Notes: generated by a model not told the origin, from the letters alone. A stretch of DNA of 64,000 nucleotides from an uncultured bacterium (GCA_950022495.1 CATLLJ010000003.1:12277-76276), one strand, 5' to 3'. Shown: positions 1-9,664, counted from the first letter of the stretch. Numbers and translations are program-made.

Positions 1-275
1 TCAGGGGAATCTGCAAATACTGCAAATGTTATTATATCAGCCGGATAATCTTTGTTTCTGTAATCTCTGTTTATCTCATGTGTCATTTTGCTATCGCAGA
101 AAAGAAAGTCAAAAGCTACTGAATTGTATTCAAAATTCTTCAAGCAGCAATTCCCGGATATTTCCGGTAAAGTCATATAATAATTGAAGATTTTTTTTGC
201 ATTTTCCAGAACTTGTTTTTCATCAAGTTCCCACTGCGTATAATTGTTTTCACTTGCTAAGTTTAAATTTATCAT
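1..275 (-). CDS. ybeY: rRNA maturation RNase YbeY, N-terminal part (gene runs off the left edge)
   Basis: My translation of the minus strand from the ATG at 275-273 gives MINLNLASENNYTQWELDEKQVLENAKKIF...CDSKMTHEINRDYRNKDYPADIITFAVFADSP. The block NRDYRNKDYPADIITF matches the YbeY signature (N-x-YR-x-KD-x-PTDVLSF). The ATG overlaps the pgpH stop as ATGA. Confidence 0.6.
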   Translation of the reverse strand, partial: MINLNLASENNYTQWELDEKQVLENAKKIFNYYMTLPEISGNCCLKNFEYNSVAFDFLFCDSKMTHEINRDYRNKDYPADIITFAVFADSP

Positions 276-2488
276 AAATCTTTGTTTTCTTCGTTATTCC
301 ATTTGCTAGTTTTATTTTTTTGCTCTTCTAATTCTTTAATTTTATTTTCCAAATCTTCATCGAGAGCTTTATTTGGAAGTTCAATTTTATTTTTTGCAAA
401 TTCTTCGGCAATATTTTCCTGATATTTAATTCTGTTATGCTGCATACCTCTTAATATTCTGCTGAAAGTTGCTGCAATAATTTTAATATCTTTCAATGTT
501 AACGGGCTGTCTGCAAGCTGACCATCATTGAGTCGTTCAACAATGATTTTATCTATAATATTTTCAATTTCGTCAGCTGTAGCACCTTTCATAGCCCTAA
601 CTGCTGATTCTACAGCATCTGCAATCATTAGAATTGCAGTTTCTTTTCTATTCGGTTTTGGACCTGTATAACGGAATTGTTCTTCTTTTACGTTTTCAAT
701 ACCTTCTTCTTGAACAGCTTGATTGTAGAAATATTTTGCAATACCTTCTCCGTGGTGCTGAAGAATAAAGTCATTTATAATTGAAGGTAATCCGTATTCT
801 TTTGCAAGGTCAACGCCGTCTTTAGGGTGAGCAGTGATAACCATTTTGCTTAATCTTGGATTAAGAGTGTTATGCGGATTTTCAATGCTGAAATAAGATT
901 GGTTTTCAACAAAGAATAAAGGACGTTTTAGTTTTCCTATATCGTGATAGAATGCTCCAACCCTTGCTAATATAGGGTTTGCTCCAATAGCTTCGGCAGC
1001 GGCTTCGCACAGGCTTGAAACCATTAAACTGTGGTGATAAGTCCCCGGAGCTTCCATTTGTAATCTTTTTAATAAAGGTTGGTTGTGGTCGCCGAGTTCA
1101 GCTAATCCATAAGGTGTAATGATATGGAAAGTGCTTTCTAATAATGGTGAAATTCCCAGAGCTACAATTGAACTGATAATACCATTTGCAAAGATAATAA
1201 CGCAATTTTTGAATATTAAAGTGTTGCTTACATCAATCAAACATTTATCAATGAAGTAAAGGCTCATCATAATCAATACACCTGCAACTCCAAGATGGAA
1301 GCCAACTCTAATTAAATCAAATCTGCGTGTGTATCTGATTTTAGGCACGGTAATCATTCCAATTAGAGAAAGTGTTATAAATATTATTAGAAATTGTGAG
1401 TCATATTGCATTCCTACAGTCAAGATAACAAGCATAAGTGTTGATAGCAGGAATGCAATTCTTTGATTTAAAAATATTGTTCCGATAGTAATCAGTGCCG
1501 GAATTGGCAATATATAAGGGGATGAACCTGTTGGTAAAACTACCGCAATTATACAGGTAAATATGCACATCATCGCTGTAAGTGACAAATATCTGGCTTC
1601 TAAATACTCTTTTTCAAAGAATTTTAAGTAAGCTAAAAACATTATTGTAACAAGGAGAACAAGAATATAGATAGATAATATTCCCTGCCAGTTTAACTCA
1701 TAAACATTATATCCTGCTTCTCTGAGAGCATCTCTTTTTAGTCTTGTTACAGGTTCCCCTTCAAATACAATTTTTTCACCTTTTTGGAAGGTTACTTTGT
1801 AAGGTTTTACTGAATCCTGTGCATTCATTCTGGCAATATCAGTTGCCGCGTCGTCTACTACAAGGTTTGGTACAATTACCTGTTCTAAAATTGCAGTAAT
1901 AACAGAAACCTGTCGTTTTGAAACATTATTAACCAGATTATTCTGGATAAGTCTTTTTATGTTATCTTTTTCGTAATCTTTTTCTGTAATACCTTTTTGT
2001 AAAATATTTACTAATGATATTGAAGCTTTGTCAAATGCTTCTCTAAGACTTGGTTCGTCAACATTTAGCAAGAAGTTGATTATGAAATCACGTTTAGGAT
2101 TATCTGATAAATCAAATAGAATATTGAGTTCTTCTATTTTCTCTTTTTCGCTGGTATTTTTTTTACGAATTTGAATGATTGCGTTCTGAATTGTATCTAA
2201 ATTAGACTTAATAAAGTCATCTTCTGCCGGAACTAATATTGGCTCAACTTTTTGAGCTACTTCTCTTTTATGCTGCTCTGTGCGTTTGACATCCTGTACT
2301 GTCAGTGTTTTTTGAGCAACGATATCTCTTTTGCTTATTCCGTTTTCAATAATACTTTGAAAAAAGAAGTTTTGAGAAGAGATAATTGTTGTTAGTAACA
2401 CCGTAAATGCCATTAAATAGCAGAATTTCACAACTTTAGACGAAGTAAAAAAGTCTCTCGCCTTATCAAAATATTCACTTTGTATCAT
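272..2488 (-). CDS. pgpH: 7TM receptor with intracellular HD/HDIG hydrolase (PgpH-type cyclic-di-AMP phosphodiesterase family)
   Basis: 738 aa with an N-terminal TM and extracellular region, a central block of about 7 TM helices, and a C-terminal HD domain (HHSLMVS...GAFYHDIGKLKRP, the HDIG motif). It is followed by ybeY, as in yqfF-ybeY operons. Confidence 0.8.
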   Translation of the reverse strand: MIQSEYFDKARDFFTSSKVVKFCYLMAFTVLLTTIISSQNFFFQSIIENGISKRDIVAQKTLTVQDVKRTEQHKREVAQKVEPILVPAEDDFIKSNLDTIQNAIIQIRKKNTSEKEKIEELNILFDLSDNPKRDFIINFLLNVDEPSLREAFDKASISLVNILQKGITEKDYEKDNIKRLIQNNLVNNVSKRQVSVITAILEQVIVPNLVVDDAATDIARMNAQDSVKPYKVTFQKGEKIVFEGEPVTRLKRDALREAGYNVYELNWQGILSIYILVLLVTIMFLAYLKFFEKEYLEARYLSLTAMMCIFTCIIAVVLPTGSSPYILPIPALITIGTIFLNQRIAFLLSTLMLVILTVGMQYDSQFLIIFITLSLIGMITVPKIRYTRRFDLIRVGFHLGVAGVLIMMSLYFIDKCLIDVSNTLIFKNCVIIFANGIISSIVALGISPLLESTFHIITPYGLAELGDHNQPLLKRLQMEAPGTYHHSLMVSSLCEAAAEAIGANPILARVGAFYHDIGKLKRPLFFVENQSYFSIENPHNTLNPRLSKMVITAHPKDGVDLAKEYGLPSIINDFILQHHGEGIAKYFYNQAVQEEGIENVKEEQFRYTGPKPNRKETAILMIADAVESAVRAMKGATADEIENIIDKIIVERLNDGQLADSPLTLKDIKIIAATFSRILRGMQHNRIKYQENIAEEFAKNKIELPNKALDEDLENKIKELEEQKNKTSKWNNEENKDL

Positions 2489-2592
2489 ATATATTTCTAC
2501 CTATATTATCTTTATTTTTATAAATTAATTTTATACGGTATTAAAATTTTTTCAAGTCTGTTTGGTAATATATACTATATAAGCATTAGACT

Positions 2593-2623
2593 AAAAAAGG
2601 ACCGGTATACCCGATCCTTTTTT
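2593..2623 (-). terminator. rho-independent terminator hairpin flanked by A6/T6 (downstream of the YtxH gene)
   Basis: AAAAAAGGACCGG-tatac-CCGATCCTTTTTT. The stem has one mismatch. On the minus strand it is followed by a T run. Confidence 0.55.
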
Positions 2624-2643
2624 AGAAATTATTTTAATTAATC

Positions 2644-2964
2644 TTAAGCTTCAGTTTTATCTTCTTTTTTTGAAGACTCTTTTTCTTCACCATTTTCAGA
2701 TTTAGAATCTTTTTGTTTAGCCATTAAATCCTGGATTTTACCTTTGATTTCTTCGCCTTTTTTTTGTAAATCTGAAACGGCATCATCTGCTTTAGATTGA
2801 ATTTGTTTAGCTGTTTCGTCGGCACGTCTTGCCATATCTTGAGCAGATTCAGATAGAAGTCTTCTTGTTTCTTCTCCAGATTTTGGGGCTAATAAAATTC
2901 CAGCAAGAGCTCCAATTGCTCCGCCTACTACAAAACCTGCTATAAATTTAGATACTGATGACAT
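2644..2964 (-). CDS. YtxH domain-containing protein
   Basis: 106 aa. An N-terminal glycine-rich helix FVVGGAIGALAGILLAPKSGEETR (YtxH motif) is followed by a charged coiled region. Confidence 0.7.
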   Translation of the reverse strand: MSSVSKFIAGFVVGGAIGALAGILLAPKSGEETRRLLSESAQDMARRADETAKQIQSKADDAVSDLQKKGEEIKGKIQDLMAKQKDSKSENGEEKESSKKEDKTEA

Positions 2965-3032
2965 AATTTATTTCTCCTTTGTTTTCTTACATATTGTAAA
3001 ATACTATGACTTGAAAATTATTCTCCAAAAGT

Positions 3033-3401
3033 CTACTTTTTTCTGCTGAACAATGAATAAATTGTAGTAAATCCTTTAATAAAACCGCCTAAAACGCTTT
3101 CTGATAATGTTTTAGTTTTGGTAAATGCATTTTCAATGCTTGTTTTAACATTGCCGACACCTTCATCTGTACTTTGTACAAGTGAGTTGATTGAACGCAT
3201 TGTTTCACTTAGTTCTTTTAGGGTTGGTTTTAGTTCAGTGTTCATTAATATAGATGTCTCATTAACATTTTTTGCGAGTACTGATAAGTCTTTTAATAAT
3301 TTTACCAGATATACAGCGATGATGATTACAACAACACCTGTTGAAACTGCTAAAAATGTTAATCCATGATTTAGTACTACTTGAGATAATTCAATGCTCA
3401 T
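3033..3401 (-). CDS. DUF948-like membrane protein
   Basis: 122 aa with a single N-terminal TM and a helical remainder. It is sandwiched between two YtxH genes, which is the usual DUF948/YtxH neighbourhood. Confidence 0.5.
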   Translation of the reverse strand: MSIELSQVVLNHGLTFLAVSTGVVVIIIAVYLVKLLKDLSVLAKNVNETSILMNTELKPTLKELSETMRSINSLVQSTDEGVGNVKTSIENAFTKTKTLSESVLGGFIKGFTTIYSLFSRKK

Positions 3402-3423
3402 TTTTTTATCCTTTTCTTTTTAA

Positions 3424-3768
3424 TTAATAATCAAATTCGTTATCATTATTTGTATGTGCTTCAGAATCTTCTAATTCTTTAGCCTTTTGCATTTTTTTAG
3501 ATTTAACGGAATTATTCAATTTTCTGAATTGTCTTTCCATTTTATATTTCATTAAATCAACAGATTCTAAAGCTTGTTTTTTAGCTTCAGCTATTTGCGG
3601 GGCGTGTTTTTCGTATAAATCGCAAGCTGCATCGGCAAGTTCTTTTCTTGATTCTTCACCTGGTTTCGGTGCATAAAGAACACCTGCAACAATACCTCCT
3701 ACAACACCGGCTATTAAGCCCATTGAGAACATAAATGTTTTGTTTTTACTCATAGTTGTAAACCTCAT
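3424..3768 (-). CDS. YtxH domain-containing protein
   Basis: Contains GLIAGVVGGIVAGVLYAPKPGEESRKEL (YtxH motif). The real start may be the ATG at 3753 (MSKNK...), which is preceded by GAGG. Confidence 0.7.
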   Translation of the reverse strand: MRFTTMSKNKTFMFSMGLIAGVVGGIVAGVLYAPKPGEESRKELADAACDLYEKHAPQIAEAKKQALESVDLMKYKMERQFRKLNNSVKSKKMQKAKELEDSEAHTNNDNEFDY

Positions 3769-3861
3769 ATTTCAAATTTCTTCACAATTGTAACATATTT
3801 TTGCTACGATTTCAAGCTGTACGGCTAAAATTCCCCTAGGATATTGTTTTTGGCAATTTTA

Positions 3862-3890
3862 TTGCAAAAGCTGAGACGACCTGTTATAAT
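3862..3890 (+). promoter_or_regulatory. sigma70-type promoter candidate for the pilin-like gene
   Basis: TTGCAA (3862-3867), a 17-nt spacer, then TATAAT (3885-3890). It lies 46 nt upstream of the ATG at 3936. Confidence 0.5.
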
Positions 3891-3935
3891 ATTAATATAA
3901 TTTTGAATGAACAATAGGATAATTAAGGAGTCATA

Positions 3936-5045
3936 ATGGGGATTATGAAAAAATATAAAAGGGCATTTACATTGACAGAAGTGTTGATTGCAATTGCTAT
4001 TGTCGGTGTTCTTGCCGCTATTATATTACCAATGGTTATAACAAAATATCAAACACAGGCTTTTGAAGGTATTAATAGTAGAGAAAAGATTGCATTGCAG
4101 ACAGCAGTTACTTCTCTTGTTATAACTGAAAATAAAGCAAAATTTTCGGATACAATGATGTATGTGCCGGCTGAACCTGATGATTATTCAAATTCAGCCG
4201 GAAAGTTCATGAAAAAATATCTCAGAATTGCAAGAGATTGCGGTTCTGTTAAAAATGGGACTTCAGAGTGTTTTGCCTCTCAGTATTATGAATACTCAGA
4301 AAATGATAAGAAAAAATTTACACCTAATTTGAGTGGTTATTGTGCACAGCTTAAAAATGGCGTAAGTGTGTGTTTAAAACCCCAAGTTGGCGGTGTTCCA
4401 GCTGAAATTATTATGGATTTAAACGGTCCTAAAGGTCCTAATATTTTAGGAAGAGATTTAAGAATGATTCAGCAGCTGGAATCAATTACCAATAGAACGG
4501 CAAGTAAAGCTACAGATAATGCTGTTTTTGCAGAAAATCAACCTGCCATTACTCCTGATGATTCTATAGGTTATTGTGCTTCTCAGAATGATAGGTCAGA
4601 TGACTGCTGTGAATATAGAGCAGGTAGGAATCAAATTACAACACCTTCTCATCCTTGCTGTCAAAATCCAAATTATAAAAACCATACAAAATGTACTACA
4701 AAAGTTACTATTGATGTTAACTATTATCCGACAAGTTTTAGCAGCGGTGTCAGTGCGTATTTAATGTCAGGTGGTACAAGTAATCAGATTACTCCAAAAG
4801 GTACAAAGTTGCCTGGCGGATTACCTGGAATTCGAGTAAAATGTCAAGATGGAACGCTGGGACCGACTATGAGTCTTTCCAAATTACAAGGGTCTCTGGA
4901 ACAAACATCTGGTAATACTTATTTCTCGGGGACTTTGGCTAATGCTACTTGTGTTCACCCTAATGAACAAATTATATGGAATATGTCAGGTGGAACTAAT
5001 ATCACAACTTTGAATGGAGTTGAATATAAGATTATAAAACACTAA
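3936..5045 (+). CDS. prepilin-type N-terminal cleavage/methylation domain protein (type IV pilin/pseudopilin-like) with a Cys-rich C-terminal region
   Basis: N-terminus MGIMKKYKRAFTLTEVLIAIAIVGVLAAIILP shows the class III signal with FTLxE and a hydrophobic helix. AAGGAG lies 5 nt before the ATG. Confidence 0.8.
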   Translation: MGIMKKYKRAFTLTEVLIAIAIVGVLAAIILPMVITKYQTQAFEGINSREKIALQTAVTSLVITENKAKFSDTMMYVPAEPDDYSNSAGKFMKKYLRIARDCGSVKNGTSECFASQYYEYSENDKKKFTPNLSGYCAQLKNGVSVCLKPQVGGVPAEIIMDLNGPKGPNILGRDLRMIQQLESITNRTASKATDNAVFAENQPAITPDDSIGYCASQNDRSDDCCEYRAGRNQITTPSHPCCQNPNYKNHTKCTTKVTIDVNYYPTSFSSGVSAYLMSGGTSNQITPKGTKLPGGLPGIRVKCQDGTLGPTMSLSKLQGSLEQTSGNTYFSGTLANATCVHPNEQIIWNMSGGTNITTLNGVEYKIIKH

Positions 5046-5052
5046 AGTAAAA

Positions 5053-5083
5053 AATAAGGAGTTAATCAACTCCTTATTTTTTT
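5053..5083 (+). terminator. rho-independent terminator
   Basis: AATAAGGAGTT-aatc-AACTCCTTATT followed by TTTTT. Confidence 0.7.
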
Positions 5084-5427
5084 AATAATTTTTTGATTGC
5101 TAGTGCAATATCAATTATTACCAATAACTTTTTAAAATCTTTATTTAAAAAGAATGAAATAAATTTAATATAATTATTGGGTGTTAATATTTTAGTACAT
5201 TCTTCTTTTTTCTTGTTTACAAATTGATCTATATTGTTTAATTTTAATAGGAATGAGTTAATTGAAATTCTTGTATTGTTAAATATTTCAGGTATTTTTG
5301 TTTTAAAATCAAGTACCTGTTTATTTGTTTCGCAAACTAACTTGTTGAATGCAATAATTTTTGAAATTATCCAGCCGGCAATTATTAATTCTGCTATAAA
5401 AATTGTTGTAAAAAATAAACCTATCAT
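5074..5427 (-). CDS. hypothetical small membrane protein
   Basis: 117-aa ORF with one N-terminal TM. The RBS is weak and the 3' end overlaps the neighbouring terminator hairpin. Confidence 0.35.
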   Translation of the reverse strand: MIGLFFTTIFIAELIIAGWIISKIIAFNKLVCETNKQVLDFKTKIPEIFNNTRISINSFLLKLNNIDQFVNKKKEECTKILTPNNYIKFISFFLNKDFKKLLVIIDIALAIKKLLKK

Positions 5428-5511
5428 CTTTTATCTTTTCTTACTTTGTATTATATTATATTTATAATATATCATTGCATATTTTTTGTAATACGTCAAA
5501 AGGACTATTTT

Positions 5512-6855
5512 ATGGAGAGAATAAGATTCTATACCGCACTTGTTATTGCACGATTTATATATGTGGCAATTAAATTGTTGAATAAATCTTCGGGTACCTC
5601 TTTTGTAGGTATGGTTGTATTGAAGATTTGTCCAAATTTTTTATCGTATTTCCGCAAATATATAAATAAAGGTTCTGTATTTACAATAACCGGAACCAAT
5701 GGAAAAACGACAACATCAGGGTTGCTTTCTAATATTTTTGAAAAAGACGGGCAAAAAATTATCCATAATGTTAAAGGTGCCAATATGCTTACGGGTGTTG
5801 CGAATGTCTTCGCACTAAATATATTCCCGTTTTGTCACTTTGACAGTGCGGTGATTGAATCTGATGAAGCATATTTAACCAAATTATATGACTATTTTAA
5901 AGCGGATTATCTTTTAGTTACAAATTTGTTCAGAGATCAGCTTGATAGATATGGTGAATTAACAACTACTGCCGGATTTATTCAAAATGCGATTGATAAA
6001 GATGAAGAATTAACTCTTATTTTAAATGCAGATGATCCACTGGTTACAAACTTTGGTAAAAACCGTCAAAAAGTTAAGTATTTCGGGTTTGAAAATGTCG
6101 AAATTTGTTCAGAAGTTCATAGTTCTGTTTCTTCTGCACCTTCAGAAAATTTTAATTGTATCTGCGGTTCTGCATTGAAATACCATAAACAATTTTTTGC
6201 TCAGGAAGGTCACTATTATTGTGACTCTTGCCAATATCACAGACCTGAGCCTGATTATAAAGGCTATGTTAAATTGTATAATGATTATTCTAATTTAACT
6301 GTTGTTTGTAAAGATAAGCAATATGAATTCAGGGTAAATTTAGTAGGTCTTTACAATGCTTATAACGTTTTGGGTGCAGTTGCTGCAGCTTTAGAAAAAG
6401 GTATTCCTTCAGATACTATAAAAGAAGCGGTAAGTTCTTATAAATCAATTTTTGGCAGAACTGAAACCCGTATAATTAATGGTCATAATGCATTGATTCA
6501 ACTTATCAAAAATCCGACCGGAGCCAGTGAAGTATTGAAAACTGTTGATTTGTCGTCAAATATTGTGATTGCAATAAATGACAATTACGCTGATGGCAGA
6601 GATATTTCGTGGCTGTGGGATAGTGATTTTGAGCAGTTGAAAGATGCCAAAGGGCTTGTTATTACGTCAGGTATTCGTGCTAAAGATATGGCTGTAAGGC
6701 TTAAATATGCCGGAATTTCGCAGGAAAAAATAATTGTTGAAGAAGATATTAAGACAGCTATTGAAATTGCGGCTAAATCTGATAATATAGAAGAAAGAAT
6801 TACAATTTTGCCTTCATATACGGCTTTGTTAAAAATAAGTAAATTGAAATTTTAG
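5512..6855 (+). CDS. murT: Mur ligase family protein, MurT type (lipid II isoglutaminyl synthase subunit)
   Basis: P-loop TGTNGKTTT. A Cys4 ribbon CICGSALKYHKQFFAQEGHYYCDSCQYHRP is typical of MurT. The C-terminal region resembles DUF1727. I moved the start to the ATG at 5512 (MERIRF..., AAGGA upstream); the ORF track starts at 5446. Confidence 0.7.
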   Translation: MERIRFYTALVIARFIYVAIKLLNKSSGTSFVGMVVLKICPNFLSYFRKYINKGSVFTITGTNGKTTTSGLLSNIFEKDGQKIIHNVKGANMLTGVANVFALNIFPFCHFDSAVIESDEAYLTKLYDYFKADYLLVTNLFRDQLDRYGELTTTAGFIQNAIDKDEELTLILNADDPLVTNFGKNRQKVKYFGFENVEICSEVHSSVSSAPSENFNCICGSALKYHKQFFAQEGHYYCDSCQYHRPEPDYKGYVKLYNDYSNLTVVCKDKQYEFRVNLVGLYNAYNVLGAVAAALEKGIPSDTIKEAVSSYKSIFGRTETRIINGHNALIQLIKNPTGASEVLKTVDLSSNIVIAINDNYADGRDISWLWDSDFEQLKDAKGLVITSGIRAKDMAVRLKYAGISQEKIIVEEDIKTAIEIAAKSDNIEERITILPSYTALLKISKLKF

Positions 6856-6866
6856 AAAGGGTTATT

Positions 6867-7577
6867 ATGCTTTTAGGTGTAAATATTGATCACGTTGCAA
6901 CAATTAGAAATGCCAGAGGGGGTGCGGAACCGGATCCTATACTAGCGGCAGAAGTCTGCGAGGCTAATGGTGCGGATTCAATTACTGCACATTTAAGAGA
7001 AGATAGACGTCATATTAAGGATGTTGATATTCATATACTTAAAAAAGTAATAAAAACAAGATTAAATATGGAAATGGCTGTCACTGATGAAATGCAGAAA
7101 ATTGCACTTGAAGTTAAGCCTTATTCTGTTTGTCTGGTACCTGAAAAACGTCAGGAAGTCACTACTGAAGGCGGATTGGATGTTGCAGGTCAGTTAAACA
7201 AAATTACCGAATTTATTTATCCTTTAAAGGATGCAGGTATTATTGTAAGTTTATTTATTGACCCGACAGAAGAACAAATTCGTGCAGCTGCAAAAACAGG
7301 TGCTCAATTTATAGAATTGCATACAGGTCAATATTCAATGGCATTTGGCACTGCCCAGGAGCAGGAAGAATTTGATAAAGTCAGAGAAGCTTCAAGATTA
7401 GCCACTGCTTTGGGCTTGAAGGTTAATGCAGGTCATGGTTTGAACTATGAAAATGTTCATAGAATGCGTCAGATAAAAGATTTATATGAATTAAATATCG
7501 GTCATAGTATAATTTCAAGAGCTGTATTTAAAGGCTTGCCGCAGGCTGTCAAAGATATGGCGGATTTAGTTAAGTAG
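6867..7577 (+). CDS. pdxJ: pyridoxine 5'-phosphate synthase
   Basis: LGVNIDHVATIRNARGG..PDP, HLREDRRHI and GHGLNY are canonical PdxJ blocks. Confidence 0.9.
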   Translation: MLLGVNIDHVATIRNARGGAEPDPILAAEVCEANGADSITAHLREDRRHIKDVDIHILKKVIKTRLNMEMAVTDEMQKIALEVKPYSVCLVPEKRQEVTTEGGLDVAGQLNKITEFIYPLKDAGIIVSLFIDPTEEQIRAAAKTGAQFIELHTGQYSMAFGTAQEQEEFDKVREASRLATALGLKVNAGHGLNYENVHRMRQIKDLYELNIGHSIISRAVFKGLPQAVKDMADLVK

Positions 7578-7584
7578 GGTTATT

Positions 7585-7911
7585 ATGGAAAAATCAAAAG
7601 AAGAAATTATAGAAGAAATGCAGCAAGTTGCACAACAAATGGTCATTGATGATATTGAAGAAAATCCTGATATTGCCAATGAGTATTTTGACTGTGATTG
7701 CTGCGGTAAAAATAAATCATTAGCAGGTTCCATTAGATATGGTGATTACAGATTATGCAATGACTGTGTGTTATTAGCCGAAACAGGTTTTGCATTAGGT
7801 AAAATCATGGATATTCAAGATTTAATGGATGCAATGGAAGATAAAAGGCTCGAAGAGCTTTGTACGTTTGTAAAAGAAGAAGAAGCCAGAAAAAATAATT
7901 TGGATAATTAA
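7585..7911 (+). CDS. hypothetical small protein with CxxC...CxxC zinc-ribbon-like motif
   Basis: 108 aa with FDCDCCGKNK...YRLCNDCVLL. I recognise no family. Confidence 0.5.
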   Translation: MEKSKEEIIEEMQQVAQQMVIDDIEENPDIANEYFDCDCCGKNKSLAGSIRYGDYRLCNDCVLLAETGFALGKIMDIQDLMDAMEDKRLEELCTFVKEEEARKNNLDN

Positions 7912-7923
7912 AGGAGGTCTTAA

Positions 7924-8623
7924 ATGTTACATAATAAGGGATTTTTCGGGGGGGGGTAACCTCTTAAAGCTTACTAATAGTGCATTTGAACGGTTCGCAT
8001 TTACCCTTGCCGAAGTTTTGATTACATTGGGAATAATCGGTGTTGTTGCAGCTATGACTATTCCTACAATGATTACTAACTATCAAAAACATGTTGTAGA
8101 AACTAAATTGACCAAATTTAATTCTACCCTTAACCAAGCCCTAAGGATGTCTTCTGCTGAAAATGGTGATCCTGATGCATGGGTTACTCAAAATAAGAAT
8201 TACACCTACAACGAAAATGTTGAATTTTTGCATACTTATTTTTTCCCATATATAAAATATTTACATTACGTACCATGCTCAAATGATACATCAAATGTTT
8301 GTATAACTCTTTTAGATGGTATATTTTTCCGATTTAGAATAGATGGAAATGGTGGTGATATTACCTACTTTTTAGACGGTGACGTAACTCGTCGTCACCC
8401 TCGAAATAGTTTTCAATTTCAATTTACTAAAAAGAGCGGTATAAATTCAACAGTAAATAGTACAAGCTTTGTCGAACCATATATTTATAGTTGGAATGGT
8501 ACGATGGAGCATTTGAAAAATGGTAATACCTGGGCTTGTAAAAGAGGTTGTACAAATTGTGGATATTGTACAAAACTAATCCAGTTAAATGGATGGAAAA
8601 TTCCTAAAGATTATCCATGGTAA
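7924..8623 (+). pseudogene. prepilin-type N-terminal cleavage/methylation domain protein with its frame broken at a G9 tract (phase-OFF state or homopolymer sequencing error)
   Basis: AAGGAGG (7911-7917) and the ATG at 7924 open an 11-codon frame, MLHNKGFFGGG*. The pilin frame (ORF track 8018..8623) continues upstream as ...SAFERFAFTLAEVL with no ATG, GTG or TTG. Removing one G from the 7948-7956 run joins the two frames. The N- and C-termini are paralogous to 48595..49275. Confidence 0.65.
7948..7956 (+). repeat. homopolymeric G9 tract
   Basis: Nine consecutive G in an AT-rich genome, placed between the start codon and the prepilin FTLAE motif. Confidence 0.95.
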
Positions 8624-9151
8624 TTATTTTACAGGATTCATAAAAGAAGGTTTTGGCATTAAAAATCCCGGAGCACCCAGTCCCTGAAATGGCGGGCGTG
8701 CCGGATGATTTTTTTCAAATTGTGCACGACCTTCAGCTTTCATCTTAGCCAGTTCGTTTAGCTGCTTCTTCGTTAAGATTTTTTCAAATTCTTGACTGTT
8801 TGCTTTTCTGATTTCTCTGGCTTTTTTTTCAAGATCTTTAATTTCCTGCAAAAGTTCTGCTATTCTTTCTTGCTGCATTCTATCAGCCATTCTTGAACGT
8901 TTTACAGCTTCGATTTCATTACGTTTTTCTTCTATTTGTGTAATGATTGGCTTCATTTGTTCTCTGCCTTTCTGGTGAATGGCTTTTGCTTTTTCTTTTT
9001 GTTTGTCTGTTAAATTTAAACGCTGTTCAAATTTTTGTTTCATTTGTTCTTTTGTCGGAATGGGTTGTACCGGCGGAGTAGTTTCTGCTAAAGCCGCATT
9101 ATATCCAATTATTAAAGCTGCAAATAATAGTAATGAAAATAGTTTTTTCAT
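8624..9151 (-). CDS. periplasmic Spy/CpxP-family (LTxxQ motif) protein
   Basis: Signal peptide MKKLFSLLLFAALIIGYNAALA. Two LTxxQ motifs (LTDKQ, LTKKQ). Highly charged helical protein, last gene of the ECF sigma operon. Confidence 0.6.
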   Translation of the reverse strand: MKKLFSLLLFAALIIGYNAALAETTPPVQPIPTKEQMKQKFEQRLNLTDKQKEKAKAIHQKGREQMKPIITQIEEKRNEIEAVKRSRMADRMQQERIAELLQEIKDLEKKAREIRKANSQEFEKILTKKQLNELAKMKAEGRAQFEKNHPARPPFQGLGAPGFLMPKPSFMNPVK

Positions 9152-9166
9152 TTTTATTCCTTTCGT

Positions 9167-9664
9167 TTATAGTAAGTCTTTCAATCTTTCTGCTAATTCT
9201 TTTTTTGCATTATAAATTCTTGATTTAACTGTGCCTACAGGGCATTTAAGTTTCTGTGCACATTCTTCATAAGTATAACCGTTTATTTCACATAACATAA
9301 TAACTTCTTTTAGTTTTGGTTTTAAGTGTTCAATTTCGTTAATAATTCGTTTTTGTCTTTCTATGCTTATAGAATTATTCTCCGGTGTGGATTTTTTATC
9401 TTTAATACTTGTAACTACAAAATCATCAGATGTAGAGCTTTGGAAAACCTTGTGATATGCGGATTTTAAATAGTCTAAAGATGTGTTTTTTGTGATGCAG
9501 GAAATCCAGCTTTTTATAGAGCCTTTTTCGGTGTATTTGTCAGAATTTTTCCAGATTTTAAGGTAGACTTCCTGTTCCAGATCTTCGTTATCTTCCTTGG
9601 TTATTAGTCTTATAATATTTTTTATGTTTTGTTTGTTTTCAAGTATTACTTTGTTAAAATCCAT
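9167..9664 (-). CDS. RNA polymerase sigma factor, ECF (sigma-70 group 4) family
   Basis: Region 2 (EQEVYLKIWKN) and a region 4 HTH (YEECAQKLKCPVGTVKSRIYNAKKEL). Confidence 0.8.
   Translation of the reverse strand: MDFNKVILENKQNIKNIIRLITKEDNEDLEQEVYLKIWKNSDKYTEKGSIKSWISCITKNTSLDYLKSAYHKVFQSSTSDDFVVTSIKDKKSTPENNSISIERQKRIINEIEHLKPKLKEVIMLCEINGYTYEECAQKLKCPVGTVKSRIYNAKKELAERLKDLL

Noticed and set aside
6261-6275. CTATGTTAAAT, a match to the XerD arm of dif, inside murT
   Set aside because: Only one half-site is present, with no ATAA-N6 partner arm. It lies within a coding region, which is consistent with chance in AT-rich DNA.
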